NCBI RefSeq assembly: GCF_001457595.1 | Contig: NZ_LN831039.1 | Coordinates: 1,800,001 to 1,832,000, forward strand | Length of the DNA: 32,000 nt | DNA from: Mycolicibacterium smegmatis | Lineage (GTDB): Bacteria; Actinomycetota; Actinomycetes; Mycobacteriales; Mycobacteriaceae | Direction: 5' to 3' | In this document: positions 1-8,557 of the stretch, in pieces | Numbering within the stretch: position 1 is the stretch's first letter | How the letters are laid out: each line of letters begins with the position of its first letter | Translations under genes and position numbers: made by a program | The notes under the pieces: model-generated | Database searches by the model: none | Told to the model about the DNA's origin: nothing | What the model saw: only the letters and a program-made list of their open reading frames with translations

Positions 1-90
1 CTGTTCCCGATCGCCTACACCATCGGCACCGATTTCAAGAAGGCCAAGCGACTGCCCGCCGAGCAGTTCGCGCACTGGGACACCTGGTGA
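1..90 (+). CDS. 3' end of an upstream CDS (last 29 codons plus TGA); product not assignable from this fragment
   Basis: Frame 1 is open from the window edge: LFPIAYTIGTDFKKAKRLPAEQFAHWDTW*, with mostly G/C third positions. Stop TGA at 88-90. Convergent with trmL, 17 nt away. Confidence 0.5.
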   Translation: MFPIAYTIGTDFKKAKRLPAEQFAHWDTW

Positions 91-107
91 GCTGACGCCC
101 GGCGGCG

Positions 108-572
108 TCACACCGCGCCGGGGAAGCCGTGCTGGCGCCAGGCCTCATAGGCGGCGACGGCGGCCGCGTTGGACAGGTTCAGCGACCGCCGTCCCGCCAG
201 CATGGGAATGCGGATCTGCTCGGTGATGTGCGGGTCGGCCAGCGTCTGCTCGTCGAGCCCGGTGGGTTCCGGCCCGAACATCAATACGTCGCCCGGCCGA
301 TAGGCGATGTCGGTGAACGGCGTGGACGCGTGCGCGGTGAACGCGTAGACGCGTGCCGGCATGAGGGCCTGCCACGCCGACGGCAGATCGTCGTGCACCG
401 TGACCGACGCCAGGTCGTGATAGTCCAGACCGGCACGGCGCAGCTTGGGTTCGGACAGATCGAATCCCAGCGGATGCACGAGATGCAATTCGCATCCCGT
501 CGCCGCGACCATCCGGATCGCGTTACCGGTATTCGGCGCGATCCGCGGCGAGAAGAACATCACCCTGAACAT
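108..572 (-). CDS. trmL: tRNA (cytidine/uridine-2'-O)-methyltransferase, SpoU/TrmL family (Rv3366-like)
   Basis: ORF 108..611. I start it at the internal ATG at 572 because MFRVMFFSPRIAPNTGNAIRMVAATGCELHLVHPLGF aligns from residue 1 with E. coli TrmL ([21 protein letters not shown]...). The C-terminal SPOUT knot motif LNLSNAAAVAAYEAWRQ is present. Confidence 0.85.
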   Translation of the reverse strand: MFRVMFFSPRIAPNTGNAIRMVAATGCELHLVHPLGFDLSEPKLRRAGLDYHDLASVTVHDDLPSAWQALMPARVYAFTAHASTPFTDIAYRPGDVLMFGPEPTGLDEQTLADPHITEQIRIPMLAGRRSLNLSNAAAVAAYEAWRQHGFPGAV

Positions 573-851
573 CGCGACGATCGTACGGCCGCCATACGCA
601 CGGCCAACCACATTTCGCCGCAGCGATCAATGAGCGCTTTGCTCAATTACCACACAACTGCGCTACGGCTCGGTCACGAACTCTGTCTGTTCAGTAAGAA
701 TTGTGGAAACGCTCGCGCGTGGCTGTCATACTCGTGCAATTGCCAGGCGTTTGACGCCCGTCCCAGCGTGGGCGGAAACAGCAGGAAGCCCTATGACTCT
801 CGCCCTAGTACTGAACTGCGGCCCCGCCGCCGATGGCACGGTTGGGCGCCG

Positions 852-3746
852 ATGACCGCCTTCACACAGCTGAAACAGGCAGACGGGACGCTCGTCGATT
901 TCGCGCCGTCCTCATCACCTCCGGTGAAGCGGCCGTCCCGCTGGTCGCCGGCGAACTGGCCCGTGAGCCGGAAAGTTCTCGCGATCGTCCTCGTTCCGTT
1001 GATCCTCGCCGCGACATTCGGCGGATTGCGCATTTACGCGTCCGTCACCGAGGCGGCGGATCTGCGACTGGCCGCCGACCGTGCCGAACTGATCCCCGAC
1101 ATCAACAACTACATGGCGGCATTGGAAGGTGTTCTGGTCGCCAGTAGCGGGGCCGGGGACGGACAGGCCGCATTGGCCACATTCGATTCGCGCAAATCCG
1201 AATTGCAGCAGCGGGTGGATTCCACCGATGTTCTCGGCGACGTCCGCGAGGCGGTGGGCACGATGCTCGACAAGGGGCAGACCCTCGTCGACGCCTCGAT
1301 GGCCAACACGGTCGGGTTGCGCCAGCGCATCCTGGATTACGCGCCGCTGCTGCTGACCGCCGAGGCCGCGGTCACCGGGTCGACGCACAGTGCCGATCAG
1401 AGGGTGCAGACCGAGGCAGAAGCGCTCGGGCGGGCCATCGGCGCCCGTGGCCAGATGACCATCCAGGAGATGATGGTCAACCGCGGCGCCGAGGAACCCG
1501 AACCGGTGCTGCGCAAGTCGATGATCACGATGGCGGGCACCGAGCCGTCCACCGTCGCCGCGCTCACCAAGGTGCTGGGCAGCGCGTCCGACGACGCGAC
1601 GACGCTGCGCGACGAGATGGTCAAGCGCATGGCCATCATGGCCAACCCCGGAATCCCGTTGGTGGGCAACCCGGTCCTGCTGGAGTCGCTTGAGAACACC
1701 CGCAAGATCGCCGAGCAGATCATCACCGACAACACCTCGGCGATCCCGGCCGCGGTCGAGGCCGAGGCCGCCGACGCGCGCAACGACGCCATCCGCGATT
1801 CCGTGCTCGTGGCGCTCGCGGTGATCAGCGCGCTGGTGGTCGTGTTGCTGGTGGCCCGCTCGCTCGTGCGTCCGCTGCGGACCCTGCGCGACGGCGCGCT
1901 CAAGGTCGCCCACGAGGATCTGGCGAAGGAGATCGAACGGGTCCGCGCGGGTGGCGAGCCCGGGCCGATCACCCCGCTGCCCGTGTACACCTCGGAGGAG
2001 GTCGGCCAGGTCGCGCACGCCGTCGACGAACTGCACGAGCAGGCCGTGTTCCTCGCCGGTGAGCAGGCGCAGCTGCAGCTGCAGGTGGCCGACATGTTCG
2101 AGACGCTGTCGCGGCGCAGCCGGTCGCTGGTGGACCAGCAGCTTTCGCTCATCGACGAACTCGAACGCAACGAGGACGACCCGCAGCGGCTCAACAGCCT
2201 GTTCCGGCTCGACCACCTCGCGGCCCGTATGCGCCGCAACGGCGCCAACCTGCTGGTGCTCTCGGGTGCGAAGGTCACCCGCGAGAAGAGCGAGCCCGTC
2301 GCGGTCGCGACGGTCATCAACGCCGCGGCCTCCGAGGTCGAGGACTACACGCGCGTCGTCACCTCCGACGTGGCCGACGCCGACGTCGTCGGCTCGGCGG
2401 CCGGTGACCTGATCCACCTGCTCGCCGAACTGCTCGACAACGCGCTCCGGTACTCGCCGCCGACCTCACAGGTGCGGGTCTCGGCGGTGTTCGCCGGCAA
2501 CGGTGCGCTGGTCATCGAGGTGGCCGACGTGGGTCTCGGCATGACCGAGTCGGACCTGCGGGTCGCCAACATCCGTCTGAAGTCCGGTGGCGAGGTCAAC
2601 CCGTACACCGCGCGCCACATGGGTCTGTTCGTAGTGGGGCGGCTGGCCGACCAGCACGGTCTGGTGGTCCGGCTGCGCAGCACCATCCCCGACGAACCCG
2701 GCTCCGGCACCACGGCCGGGGTGTACGTCCCGGCTCAGCTGCTCGTCACCGAGGCCGGCACGGCAGGTGCGCCCGCGTTCGATCAGTTCGACGCGCAACC
2801 CGAGGACGCCGCCACGGCACCCGGCCATCCGACCGGGTATCCGAACGTGGTGTCGCTGGACACCCGCTTCGTGACCACAGGCTCCGAGCACGACGACGAC
2901 CTCGCGGCGGGCCTGCTGCCGCAGCGCAACCCGGGCGCGTCCGGCATCTCCGAGATGCCGGGGGTGTTCGCCGAGCCCGAACCCGCTGCCGAGGTGTCCG
3001 GGGACGCCCAGGGCGAGTGGCCGCAGCAGTGGCCCGCCCCTCAGGAAGCCGCTGCGCCCGAGGAGGTTGCGCCGCAGGCCAACGGCAGGCCCACCGACAC
3101 GTCGTCGTTCTTCGCGTCGCGGGCACAGGCCGCGGGCGGCACGCAGAACGGCGCCCAGGTCAACGGTGTCCACCTCGACGGAGCCCACACCAACGGCGCC
3201 GCCAACGGGACCGCGGACAGCTTCACGGGGTTCTTCGGCAGCAGCGACGACCAGCTCGACCAGCGCGAACCGGCGGGCGATCCCGGCGACTCGATCTACC
3301 AGTCGATGGTCTCGGAGTTTGCGATCGACCCGACCACCCACGCGCGCAGCGCCGATCTCGACTGGCAGACGGTGTGGGAGAAGGGCTGGTCGGTGGCGGC
3401 CGCCGCGCAGGACGCGCCCGTGGACCGGCACACCGAGGAAGGCCTGCCGATGCGTACGCCCGGCGCGCGTCTGGTGCCCGGTGGCGTGGCCGCGGCCGCG
3501 GGCCGCACCAACGGCGCCAACGGCCACCACCACAGCGATCTGAACGGCGGCGTCAACGGCGAAATTCACGGAAACGACAACGGTGCCGAGGCGGTAGCAT
3601 CTGCCAACGAAGCTGACAACGGCATGTTCGCGGCGTTCAAGCCGCGCGATCCCGAGGCCGTCCGCGCAAGCATCAGCAGCCACTTCGGCGGCGTGCACGC
3701 CGGGCGCTCACATGCCCGTGAGACCAGAGGAACCGATAACGAATGA
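852..3746 (+). CDS. Conservon component A: membrane sensor histidine-kinase-like ATPase (CvnA family, Rv3365c-like), 964 aa with a long low-complexity C-terminal tail
   Basis: Part of ORF 129..3746. ATG at 852 gives an N-terminal TM helix ([18 protein letters not shown]), an extracytoplasmic sensor region, a second TM ([18 protein letters not shown]), a HAMP-like segment and HATPase boxes ([28 protein letters not shown]). Upstream in-frame codons 129-851 run antisense through trmL and an AT-richer spacer with poor third-position bias. Confidence 0.85.
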   Translation: MTAFTQLKQADGTLVDFAPSSSPPVKRPSRWSPANWPVSRKVLAIVLVPLILAATFGGLRIYASVTEAADLRLAADRAELIPDINNYMAALEGVLVASSGAGDGQAALATFDSRKSELQQRVDSTDVLGDVREAVGTMLDKGQTLVDASMANTVGLRQRILDYAPLLLTAEAAVTGSTHSADQRVQTEAEALGRAIGARGQMTIQEMMVNRGAEEPEPVLRKSMITMAGTEPSTVAALTKVLGSASDDATTLRDEMVKRMAIMANPGIPLVGNPVLLESLENTRKIAEQIITDNTSAIPAAVEAEAADARNDAIRDSVLVALAVISALVVVLLVARSLVRPLRTLRDGALKVAHEDLAKEIERVRAGGEPGPITPLPVYTSEEVGQVAHAVDELHEQAVFLAGEQAQLQLQVADMFETLSRRSRSLVDQQLSLIDELERNEDDPQRLNSLFRLDHLAARMRRNGANLLVLSGAKVTREKSEPVAVATVINAAASEVEDYTRVVTSDVADADVVGSAAGDLIHLLAELLDNALRYSPPTSQVRVSAVFAGNGALVIEVADVGLGMTESDLRVANIRLKSGGEVNPYTARHMGLFVVGRLADQHGLVVRLRSTIPDEPGSGTTAGVYVPAQLLVTEAGTAGAPAFDQFDAQPEDAATAPGHPTGYPNVVSLDTRFVTTGSEHDDDLAAGLLPQRNPGASGISEMPGVFAEPEPAAEVSGDAQGEWPQQWPAPQEAAAPEEVAPQANGRPTDTSSFFASRAQAAGGTQNGAQVNGVHLDGAHTNGAANGTADSFTGFFGSSDDQLDQREPAGDPGDSIYQSMVSEFAIDPTTHARSADLDWQTVWEKGWSVAAAAQDAPVDRHTEEGLPMRTPGARLVPGGVAAAAGRTNGANGHHHSDLNGGVNGEIHGNDNGAEAVASANEADNGMFAAFKPRDPEAVRASISSHFGGVHAGRSHARETRGTDNE

Positions 3747-4150
3747 CCCGTCCGACGCAGCGCGATTCCCTGGACTGGCTGGTGTCCAAGTTCGCCCGCG
3801 AGGTTTCCGGGGTGTCCCATGCGGTGCTGGTGTCGGCCGACGGCCTGCTGATGGCTGCCAGTGAGAACATGCCGGTCGAACGCGCCGACCAGCTCGCCGC
3901 GGTGGCCTCCGGCCTGGCGAGCCTCGCGACCGGCGCCGCGCAACTGTTCGACGGCGGCTACGTGCTGCAATCGGTGGTCGAGATGGAGAACGGCTACCTG
4001 CTGCTGATGCGCGTGGGCGACGGATCCAACCTCGCGACGCTGGCCGGCCGCTCGTGCGACATCGGCCAGATCGGCTACGAGATGGCGATCCTCGTCGAAC
4101 GCGTCGGCGCCGTCGTGCAGTCGTCGCGCCGCGCGCCCCAACCGTCTTGA
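3743..4150 (+). CDS. Conservon component B: Roadblock/LC7 (MglB-like) domain protein (Rv3364c-like)
   Basis: 135 aa. [31 protein letters not shown] ... [18 protein letters not shown] is the typical Roadblock/LC7 pattern. The ATG overlaps the upstream stop (ATGA at 3743-3746). Confidence 0.85.
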   Translation: MTRPTQRDSLDWLVSKFAREVSGVSHAVLVSADGLLMAASENMPVERADQLAAVASGLASLATGAAQLFDGGYVLQSVVEMENGYLLLMRVGDGSNLATLAGRSCDIGQIGYEMAILVERVGAVVQSSRRAPQPS

Positions 4151-4166
4151 TCCGAGAACCGATGCC

Positions 4167-4532
4167 GTGGACGAACTCGAGCGCACCGACGAGCCGAACC
4201 TGGTACGGCCGTACACGCTGACGGCGGGCCGCACGGCGCCTCCGGTGAACCTGCCGCTGGAAGCGCCCGTGGAAACTCTCGACACACCCAACGCGCCGAC
4301 GTGGCCAGGGCGCGATGTGCGCGGACAGATCGTAGAGTTATGCACCGGCAGCCCGTCGGTGGCGGAGATCGCAGCACATTTGTCCCTACCTCTCGGCGTG
4401 GCGAGAGTGCTGATCGGGGACTTGGTGAAGCAGGGTTATCTACGGGTGCACACGACACTCGAGGATTCGGCGAGCTTTGACGAGCGCCGCGAACTGATAG
4501 GAAGGACCCTGCGTGGCCTACGAGCACTCTGA
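4167..4532 (+). CDS. Conservon component C: DUF742 protein (Rv3363c-like)
   Basis: 121 aa with a GTG start. The hallmark LVRPYTLTAGRT motif is near the N-terminus and a C-terminal HTH-like segment is present (VAEIAAHLSLPLGVARVLIGDLVKQGYL). Confidence 0.8.
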   Translation: MDELERTDEPNLVRPYTLTAGRTAPPVNLPLEAPVETLDTPNAPTWPGRDVRGQIVELCTGSPSVAEIAAHLSLPLGVARVLIGDLVKQGYLRVHTTLEDSASFDERRELIGRTLRGLRAL

Positions 4533-5094
4533 AAAGCGCTCGGCCGCTTCGACGAAGATCGTGATCTCCGGGGGATTCGGCGCCGGCAAGACGACATTCG
4601 TCGGCGCGGTTTCGGAGATCATGCCGCTGCGGACAGAGGCGTTGGTGACCAACGTGTCCGAGGGCATCGACCCGCTAGAAGGAACACCCGACAAACGCAC
4701 CACCACGGTCGCGATGGACTTCGGCCGCATCACCCTCGCCGAGGATCTGGTGCTGTACCTGTTCGGCACTCCCGGTCAGCGCAGGTTCTGGTTCATGTGG
4801 GACGACCTGGTGCGCGGCGCCATCGGCGCGATCATCCTCGTCGACGTGCGCCGGTTGCAGGACAGCTTCGCCGCGGTCGACTTCTTCGAGGCGCGCAAAC
4901 TGCCGTTCATCGTCGCGGTCAACGAGTTCGACGGTGCGCCAAAGCATCCCACGCACGCCGTGCGCAAGGCCCTGGCGCTACCCGAGCACATCCCGGTCAT
5001 CACCGTCGATGCGCGCGACCGCAACTCGGCCAAGGCCGCGCTGATCGCGGTCACCGAGTACTCGCTGAGCACCCTGACCCCGCTGCCCGGCTGA
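4513..5094 (+). CDS. mfpB: Conservon component D: small Ras-like GTPase (CvnD/MfpB, Rv3362c-like)
   Basis: 193 aa. P-loop GGFGAGKTTF, switch II FGTPGQRRFWFMWD and G4-like VNEFD are present. The GTG start overlaps the DUF742 gene by 20 nt. Confidence 0.85.
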   Translation: MAYEHSEKRSAASTKIVISGGFGAGKTTFVGAVSEIMPLRTEALVTNVSEGIDPLEGTPDKRTTTVAMDFGRITLAEDLVLYLFGTPGQRRFWFMWDDLVRGAIGAIILVDVRRLQDSFAAVDFFEARKLPFIVAVNEFDGAPKHPTHAVRKALALPEHIPVITVDARDRNSAKAALIAVTEYSLSTLTPLPG

Positions 5095-5099
5095 GGCTT

Positions 5100-5675
5100 G
5101 TGCGTATAGGGGCAAACGGCGACGAAACGGTATGGGCGGACGAAGAGTTCGCCGGGCGTGACTTCCGCGACGAGGATCTGAGCCGCATCCGCACCGAACG
5201 CGTCGTGTTCACCGAATGCGATTTCAGCGGCGTCGACCTCTCGGAGTCCGAGCATCATGGATCGGCGTTCCGCAACTGCACGTTCCGCCGCAGCACCATC
5301 TGGCACAGCACGTTCACCAACTGCAGCCTGCTCGGGTCGGTGTTCACCGAATGCCGCATCCGCCCTGTCACATTCGTCGAGTGCGACTTCACGCTCGCGG
5401 TGCTCGGCGGCTGTGATCTGCGTGCCGTCGACCTGTCGGACTGCCGGTTGCGTGAGGTCTCGCTCGTCGGTGCGGATCTGCGTAAGGCAGTGCTGCGGCG
5501 GGCCGATCTGACGGGCTCACGCGTGCAGGACGCACGCCTGGAGGAGGCCGATCTGCGCGGTACGCGCGTCGACCCCACGTTCTGGACCACGGCCAAGGTG
5601 CGCGGCGCCAAGATCGACATCGAACAGGCGCTCGCGTACGCCGCCGCGCACGGTCTGGCCGTCCACGGCGGCTAG
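5100..5675 (+). CDS. mfpA: Pentapeptide-repeat DNA-mimic protein MfpA (gyrase protection, fluoroquinolone resistance; Rv3361c-like)
   Basis: In frame with ORF 4797..5675. GTG at 5100 lies 5 nt after the mfpB stop. The product VRIGANGDETVWADEEFAGRDFRDEDLSRIRTERVVFTECDFSGVDLSES... is nearly continuous A(D/N)LXX pentapeptide repeats. It is collinear with M. tuberculosis MfpA as I remember it, including the C-terminal AAAHGL. Confidence 0.9.
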   Translation: MRIGANGDETVWADEEFAGRDFRDEDLSRIRTERVVFTECDFSGVDLSESEHHGSAFRNCTFRRSTIWHSTFTNCSLLGSVFTECRIRPVTFVECDFTLAVLGGCDLRAVDLSDCRLREVSLVGADLRKAVLRRADLTGSRVQDARLEEADLRGTRVDPTFWTTAKVRGAKIDIEQALAYAAAHGLAVHGG

Positions 5676-5718
5676 GTTTCTCACCGCGAGCAGTCCCCAG
5701 CAAGCGGGAGTGCCCCCA

Positions 5719-5758
5719 ACAAAACTGCGCCTTTTCGCGTGAAAAGGCGCAGTTTTGT
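5719..5758. terminator. Bidirectional intrinsic terminator between convergent mfpA and the FHA-ABC gene
   Basis: Perfect 17-bp inverted repeat ACAAAACTGCGCCTTTT (5719-5735), loop CGCGTG, AAAAGGCGCAGTTTTGT (5742-5758). A GC-rich core is flanked by A4/T4, so a U-rich tail follows the stem on either strand. Confidence 0.75.
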
Positions 5759-5777
5759 GTCTGCTCGGCAGAGGAAC

Positions 5778-8477
5778 TCAGCCGGCTTTGAGACGGATCT
5801 TCCAGCGCACGAAGGTCACGTAGAACACCGACAGCACGCCGAGCATGGCCATGTCGAACAACCACGTGCCCGATGTGTGCTCCCAGTGCGAGTCCTTCGG
5901 CGTCAGCGGGCCGGGCACCAACCGGATCAGGTCGACCGTGGACGCCGAGGCCGCGAAACCCCAACGGGCCGGGGTGATCCACGACAACTGGTCCAGGCCG
6001 ATGCGCCCGGTCACCGGGATCATGCCGCCGGAGAACACCAACTGGCTCATGATCGCGACGACCAGCAGCGGCATGATCTGCTCGCTGGTCTTGGCCAGCG
6101 CCGACAGTGCCAGGCCCACCATCGCGGCGGTCACGGTGGTGGCGGCCATGCTGAGGAACAGTTCCAGCGAACGGTTGGGGATCACCACACCGCGTTCCAC
6201 CGCGCCCTCACCCCAGCCTTTACCGCTGATGGTGATGACGGTGACGATCGCCGACTGCACCACGGCGAACACCGAATACACGCACACCTTGGCCAGCAGG
6301 TAGGCCGTGGTGGACAGGCCGACGGCCTGTTCGCGGCGGAAGATCGCGCGTTCGCCGATGAGATCGCGGATGGTCAGCGCGGTGCCCATGAAGATGGCGC
6401 CGACGTTGAGCAGCACCAGGATCTGGCCCGGTTCGTTGGGTGCGTCACCCATCGGGTTGGGTACGCCGAAGCCGACGGTCCCCGGCACCGACAGTGACAG
6501 CGTGCCCATGATGAACGGCAGCAACGCCAGGAAGATGAAATAGCCGCGGTCGGAGATGATCAGCCGCAGCTGTCTTCGCCCGATCGTGGAGAACTGCCGT
6601 CGCAGGCTGGTTTTCGCCGGCGCGCCCAGATCGGCCGGCGCCTCGGACGACGCCGAGGCCGGTGGGGCTTCAGGTGTGCGCGCGAGGTAGCGACGGTTGG
6701 CCTCGGCCGGATCGTCCGCGACTGTGCTGAAGATGTCGGCCCAGTTGGTGGTGCCGAGTTCGGGGCCGATCTGGCTGGGCGGCCCGAAGAACGCGGTCTT
6801 GCCGCCGGGTGCGAGCAGCAGCACCTGATCGCACACGTCCAGGTAGGTCAGCGAGTGTGTGACCACCAGCACCACACGGCCCGCGTCGGCCAACTGGCGC
6901 AGCATCGTCATGACCTGCCGGTCCAGCGCCGGGTCCAGGCCCGAGGTGGGCTCGTCGAGGATCAGCAGCGACGGGCCGGTCAGCAGCTCGAGCGCCACCG
7001 AGGCGCGCTTGCGCTGACCACCGGAGAGCTTGTCGACGCGGGTGTCGAGGTGCTTGGTCATCTCGAGCTCTTCGAGGACCTGCATGACGACCTGCTCGCG
7101 GTCTTCCTTGGTGGTGTCCGGGGGCAGGCGCAGCTCGGCGGCGTACATCAGCGCCTGGCGCACCGTCAGCTGACCGTGGACCACGTCGTCCTGGGGAACC
7201 ATGCCGATACGGCTTCTCAGCGAGGCGTATTCGGCGTGGACGTCGTGGCCCTCGAACTTGATGGTGCCGCTGGTCGGATGCGTGTAGCCGGCGACCTGCC
7301 GCGCGAACGTCGACTTGCCTGCGCCGGACGGGCCGATCACGGCGGTCAGCGTGCCCGGCCGCGCGTCGATCGAGATGTTGTCCAGCAGGGTCTTGTTGCC
7401 CTCGATGGTCCACGTCAGGCCGCGGACCTCGAGACCGCCGGTGCGGGTGTCGGCCTCGGTCTCGGAGCGGCGCGCAAGCGTGCCGCCGCTGAACACGAGG
7501 TCGACGTTGCCGATGGTGACGACGTCGCCGTCGTGCAGCACCGCCGAGTCGACGCGTGTGCCGTTGACGAACGTGCCGTTGATGCTGCGCTCGTCACGGA
7601 TCTCGGTGCCGCCGGGCAGCGGGATCAGCGTCGCGTGGTGACGTGACGCCAGCACGTCGGGGATCACGATGTCGTTGTCGGTCGCGCGGCCGATCTTGAC
7701 CGCACCTGCCGGGGCGGGCGCGCTGCGGCCGGGCCGCAGGATCTTGAGCATGCTCGTCGCGAGGTTGCTCGCGGGCTCGGCGCCGCCGCGCGGTGCCGCG
7801 GCAGGTCCCATGGTGGTGGGTGCCTGCGACGAGTTGGCCGGAGCGGGCGGGGGTGTGCGCACCGGCTGCGACTGATAGGACTGCGGTGCGCCGGCCGGCC
7901 CGTTGGTGGGGTAGCCGGTCTGCGGCCCACTCGGGTAGCCGCGCTGCGGCCCGCTGGGATATCCGGTCTGCGGGCCGTTCGGATACCCGTGCTGCGGCGC
8001 CGACGGGTACCGCTGCTGCGTGCCGGTGGTCTGCGGATACTGCGTGCGCGGGGGCTGGGTGTAGGGCTGCTGCCAGCCGCCGCCGGTCGGGGCCTGTGTG
8101 GGCCACGACGTGCCGGTGTGGCCCGCGACGGGGACCGCGGCGGTGGGGGTGCGGCCCGCGGATCCCTGGTGGCGGCCGACCTCGAAGCTCAGTTGCGGGC
8201 CGTCGGGGTTACCGATGTTGAGGACCTGGCCGTCCTGTAGGTCGACCGACGACACGCGGCGTCCGTTGACGTACATGCCGTTGAGGCTGCCGTTGTCGAT
8301 CGCGACCCACCGGCCCTGGTCGAAGCGCAGCACGAGGTGCGCACGCGAGATCAGCGGGTGGGCGATGCGGACGTCGGCGCGCAGATCGCGTCCGATGACG
8401 ACATCGCTGCCGGGGGCGAAGGTACGGGTCGACCCCTCGTAACGGACGGTCAGCGCAGGTGGGGATGGTCGGCTCAT
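5778..8477 (-). CDS. ABC exporter with two N-terminal FHA domains fused to an NBD and an ABC-2 type permease (Rv1747-like), 899 aa
   Basis: Part of ORF 5778..8864, with ATG at 8477 (MSRPSPPALTVRYEGSTRTF...). FHA1 is VVIGRDLRADVRIAHPLISRAHLVL...NGSLNGMYVNG and FHA2 is VKIGRATDNDIVIPDVLASRHHATL...SINGTFVNG. The NBD has Walker A GPSGAGKST, signature LSGGQRKR and Walker B LLILDEPTSGLD. Six C-terminal TM helices follow. Confidence 0.9.
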   Translation of the reverse strand: MSRPSPPALTVRYEGSTRTFAPGSDVVIGRDLRADVRIAHPLISRAHLVLRFDQGRWVAIDNGSLNGMYVNGRRVSSVDLQDGQVLNIGNPDGPQLSFEVGRHQGSAGRTPTAAVPVAGHTGTSWPTQAPTGGGWQQPYTQPPRTQYPQTTGTQQRYPSAPQHGYPNGPQTGYPSGPQRGYPSGPQTGYPTNGPAGAPQSYQSQPVRTPPPAPANSSQAPTTMGPAAAPRGGAEPASNLATSMLKILRPGRSAPAPAGAVKIGRATDNDIVIPDVLASRHHATLIPLPGGTEIRDERSINGTFVNGTRVDSAVLHDGDVVTIGNVDLVFSGGTLARRSETEADTRTGGLEVRGLTWTIEGNKTLLDNISIDARPGTLTAVIGPSGAGKSTFARQVAGYTHPTSGTIKFEGHDVHAEYASLRSRIGMVPQDDVVHGQLTVRQALMYAAELRLPPDTTKEDREQVVMQVLEELEMTKHLDTRVDKLSGGQRKRASVALELLTGPSLLILDEPTSGLDPALDRQVMTMLRQLADAGRVVLVVTHSLTYLDVCDQVLLLAPGGKTAFFGPPSQIGPELGTTNWADIFSTVADDPAEANRRYLARTPEAPPASASSEAPADLGAPAKTSLRRQFSTIGRRQLRLIISDRGYFIFLALLPFIMGTLSLSVPGTVGFGVPNPMGDAPNEPGQILVLLNVGAIFMGTALTIRDLIGERAIFRREQAVGLSTTAYLLAKVCVYSVFAVVQSAIVTVITISGKGWGEGAVERGVVIPNRSLELFLSMAATTVTAAMVGLALSALAKTSEQIMPLLVVAIMSQLVFSGGMIPVTGRIGLDQLSWITPARWGFAASASTVDLIRLVPGPLTPKDSHWEHTSGTWLFDMAMLGVLSVFYVTFVRWKIRLKAG
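7909..8028 (-). repeat. About five imperfect 24-bp tandem repeats encoding the (G-Y-P-x-G-P-Q-x)n inter-FHA linker
   Basis: Plus-strand units start at 7909, 7933, 7957, 7981 and 8005 (GGGTAGCCGGTCTGCGGCCCACTC / GGGTAGCCGCGCTGCGGCCCGCTG / GGATATCCGGTCTGCGGGCCGTTC ...). The translated minus strand reads QHGYPNGPQTGYPSGPQRGYPSGPQTGYP. Confidence 0.8.
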
Positions 8478-8557
8478 CGCGGTCAACTCTATCGGTACTT
8501 CCCCCGGGCGCCGCTGCGCCGCAGCGGTGTCGTCCGACGTATCGGGTTCATGTGAAT

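Noticed and set aside
129-851. N-terminal 241 codons of the 1205-aa ORF 129..3746
   Set aside because: This part runs antisense through trmL, a well-supported SpoU-family gene. It then crosses an AT-richer spacer with poor third-position bias. The kinase-like protein has a natural N-terminus (short cytoplasmic segment plus TM helix) from the ATG at 852.
915-3698. Long minus-strand ORFs 915..2417 (500 aa) and 2466..3698 (410 aa), plus many smaller ones inside the kinase gene
   Set aside because: These are antisense or alternative frames of a motif-supported gene. The translations are Arg/Gly/His/Asp-rich low-complexity strings without domain motifs, the usual open-frame artefact of high-GC DNA.
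8511-8527. Palindrome CCGCTGC-GCC-GCAGCGG in the FHA-ABC / propeller divergent region as a stand-alone operator
   Set aside because: Short GC-only palindromes of this size are expected by chance at this base composition. I kept it only as a note inside the divergent-pair finding.
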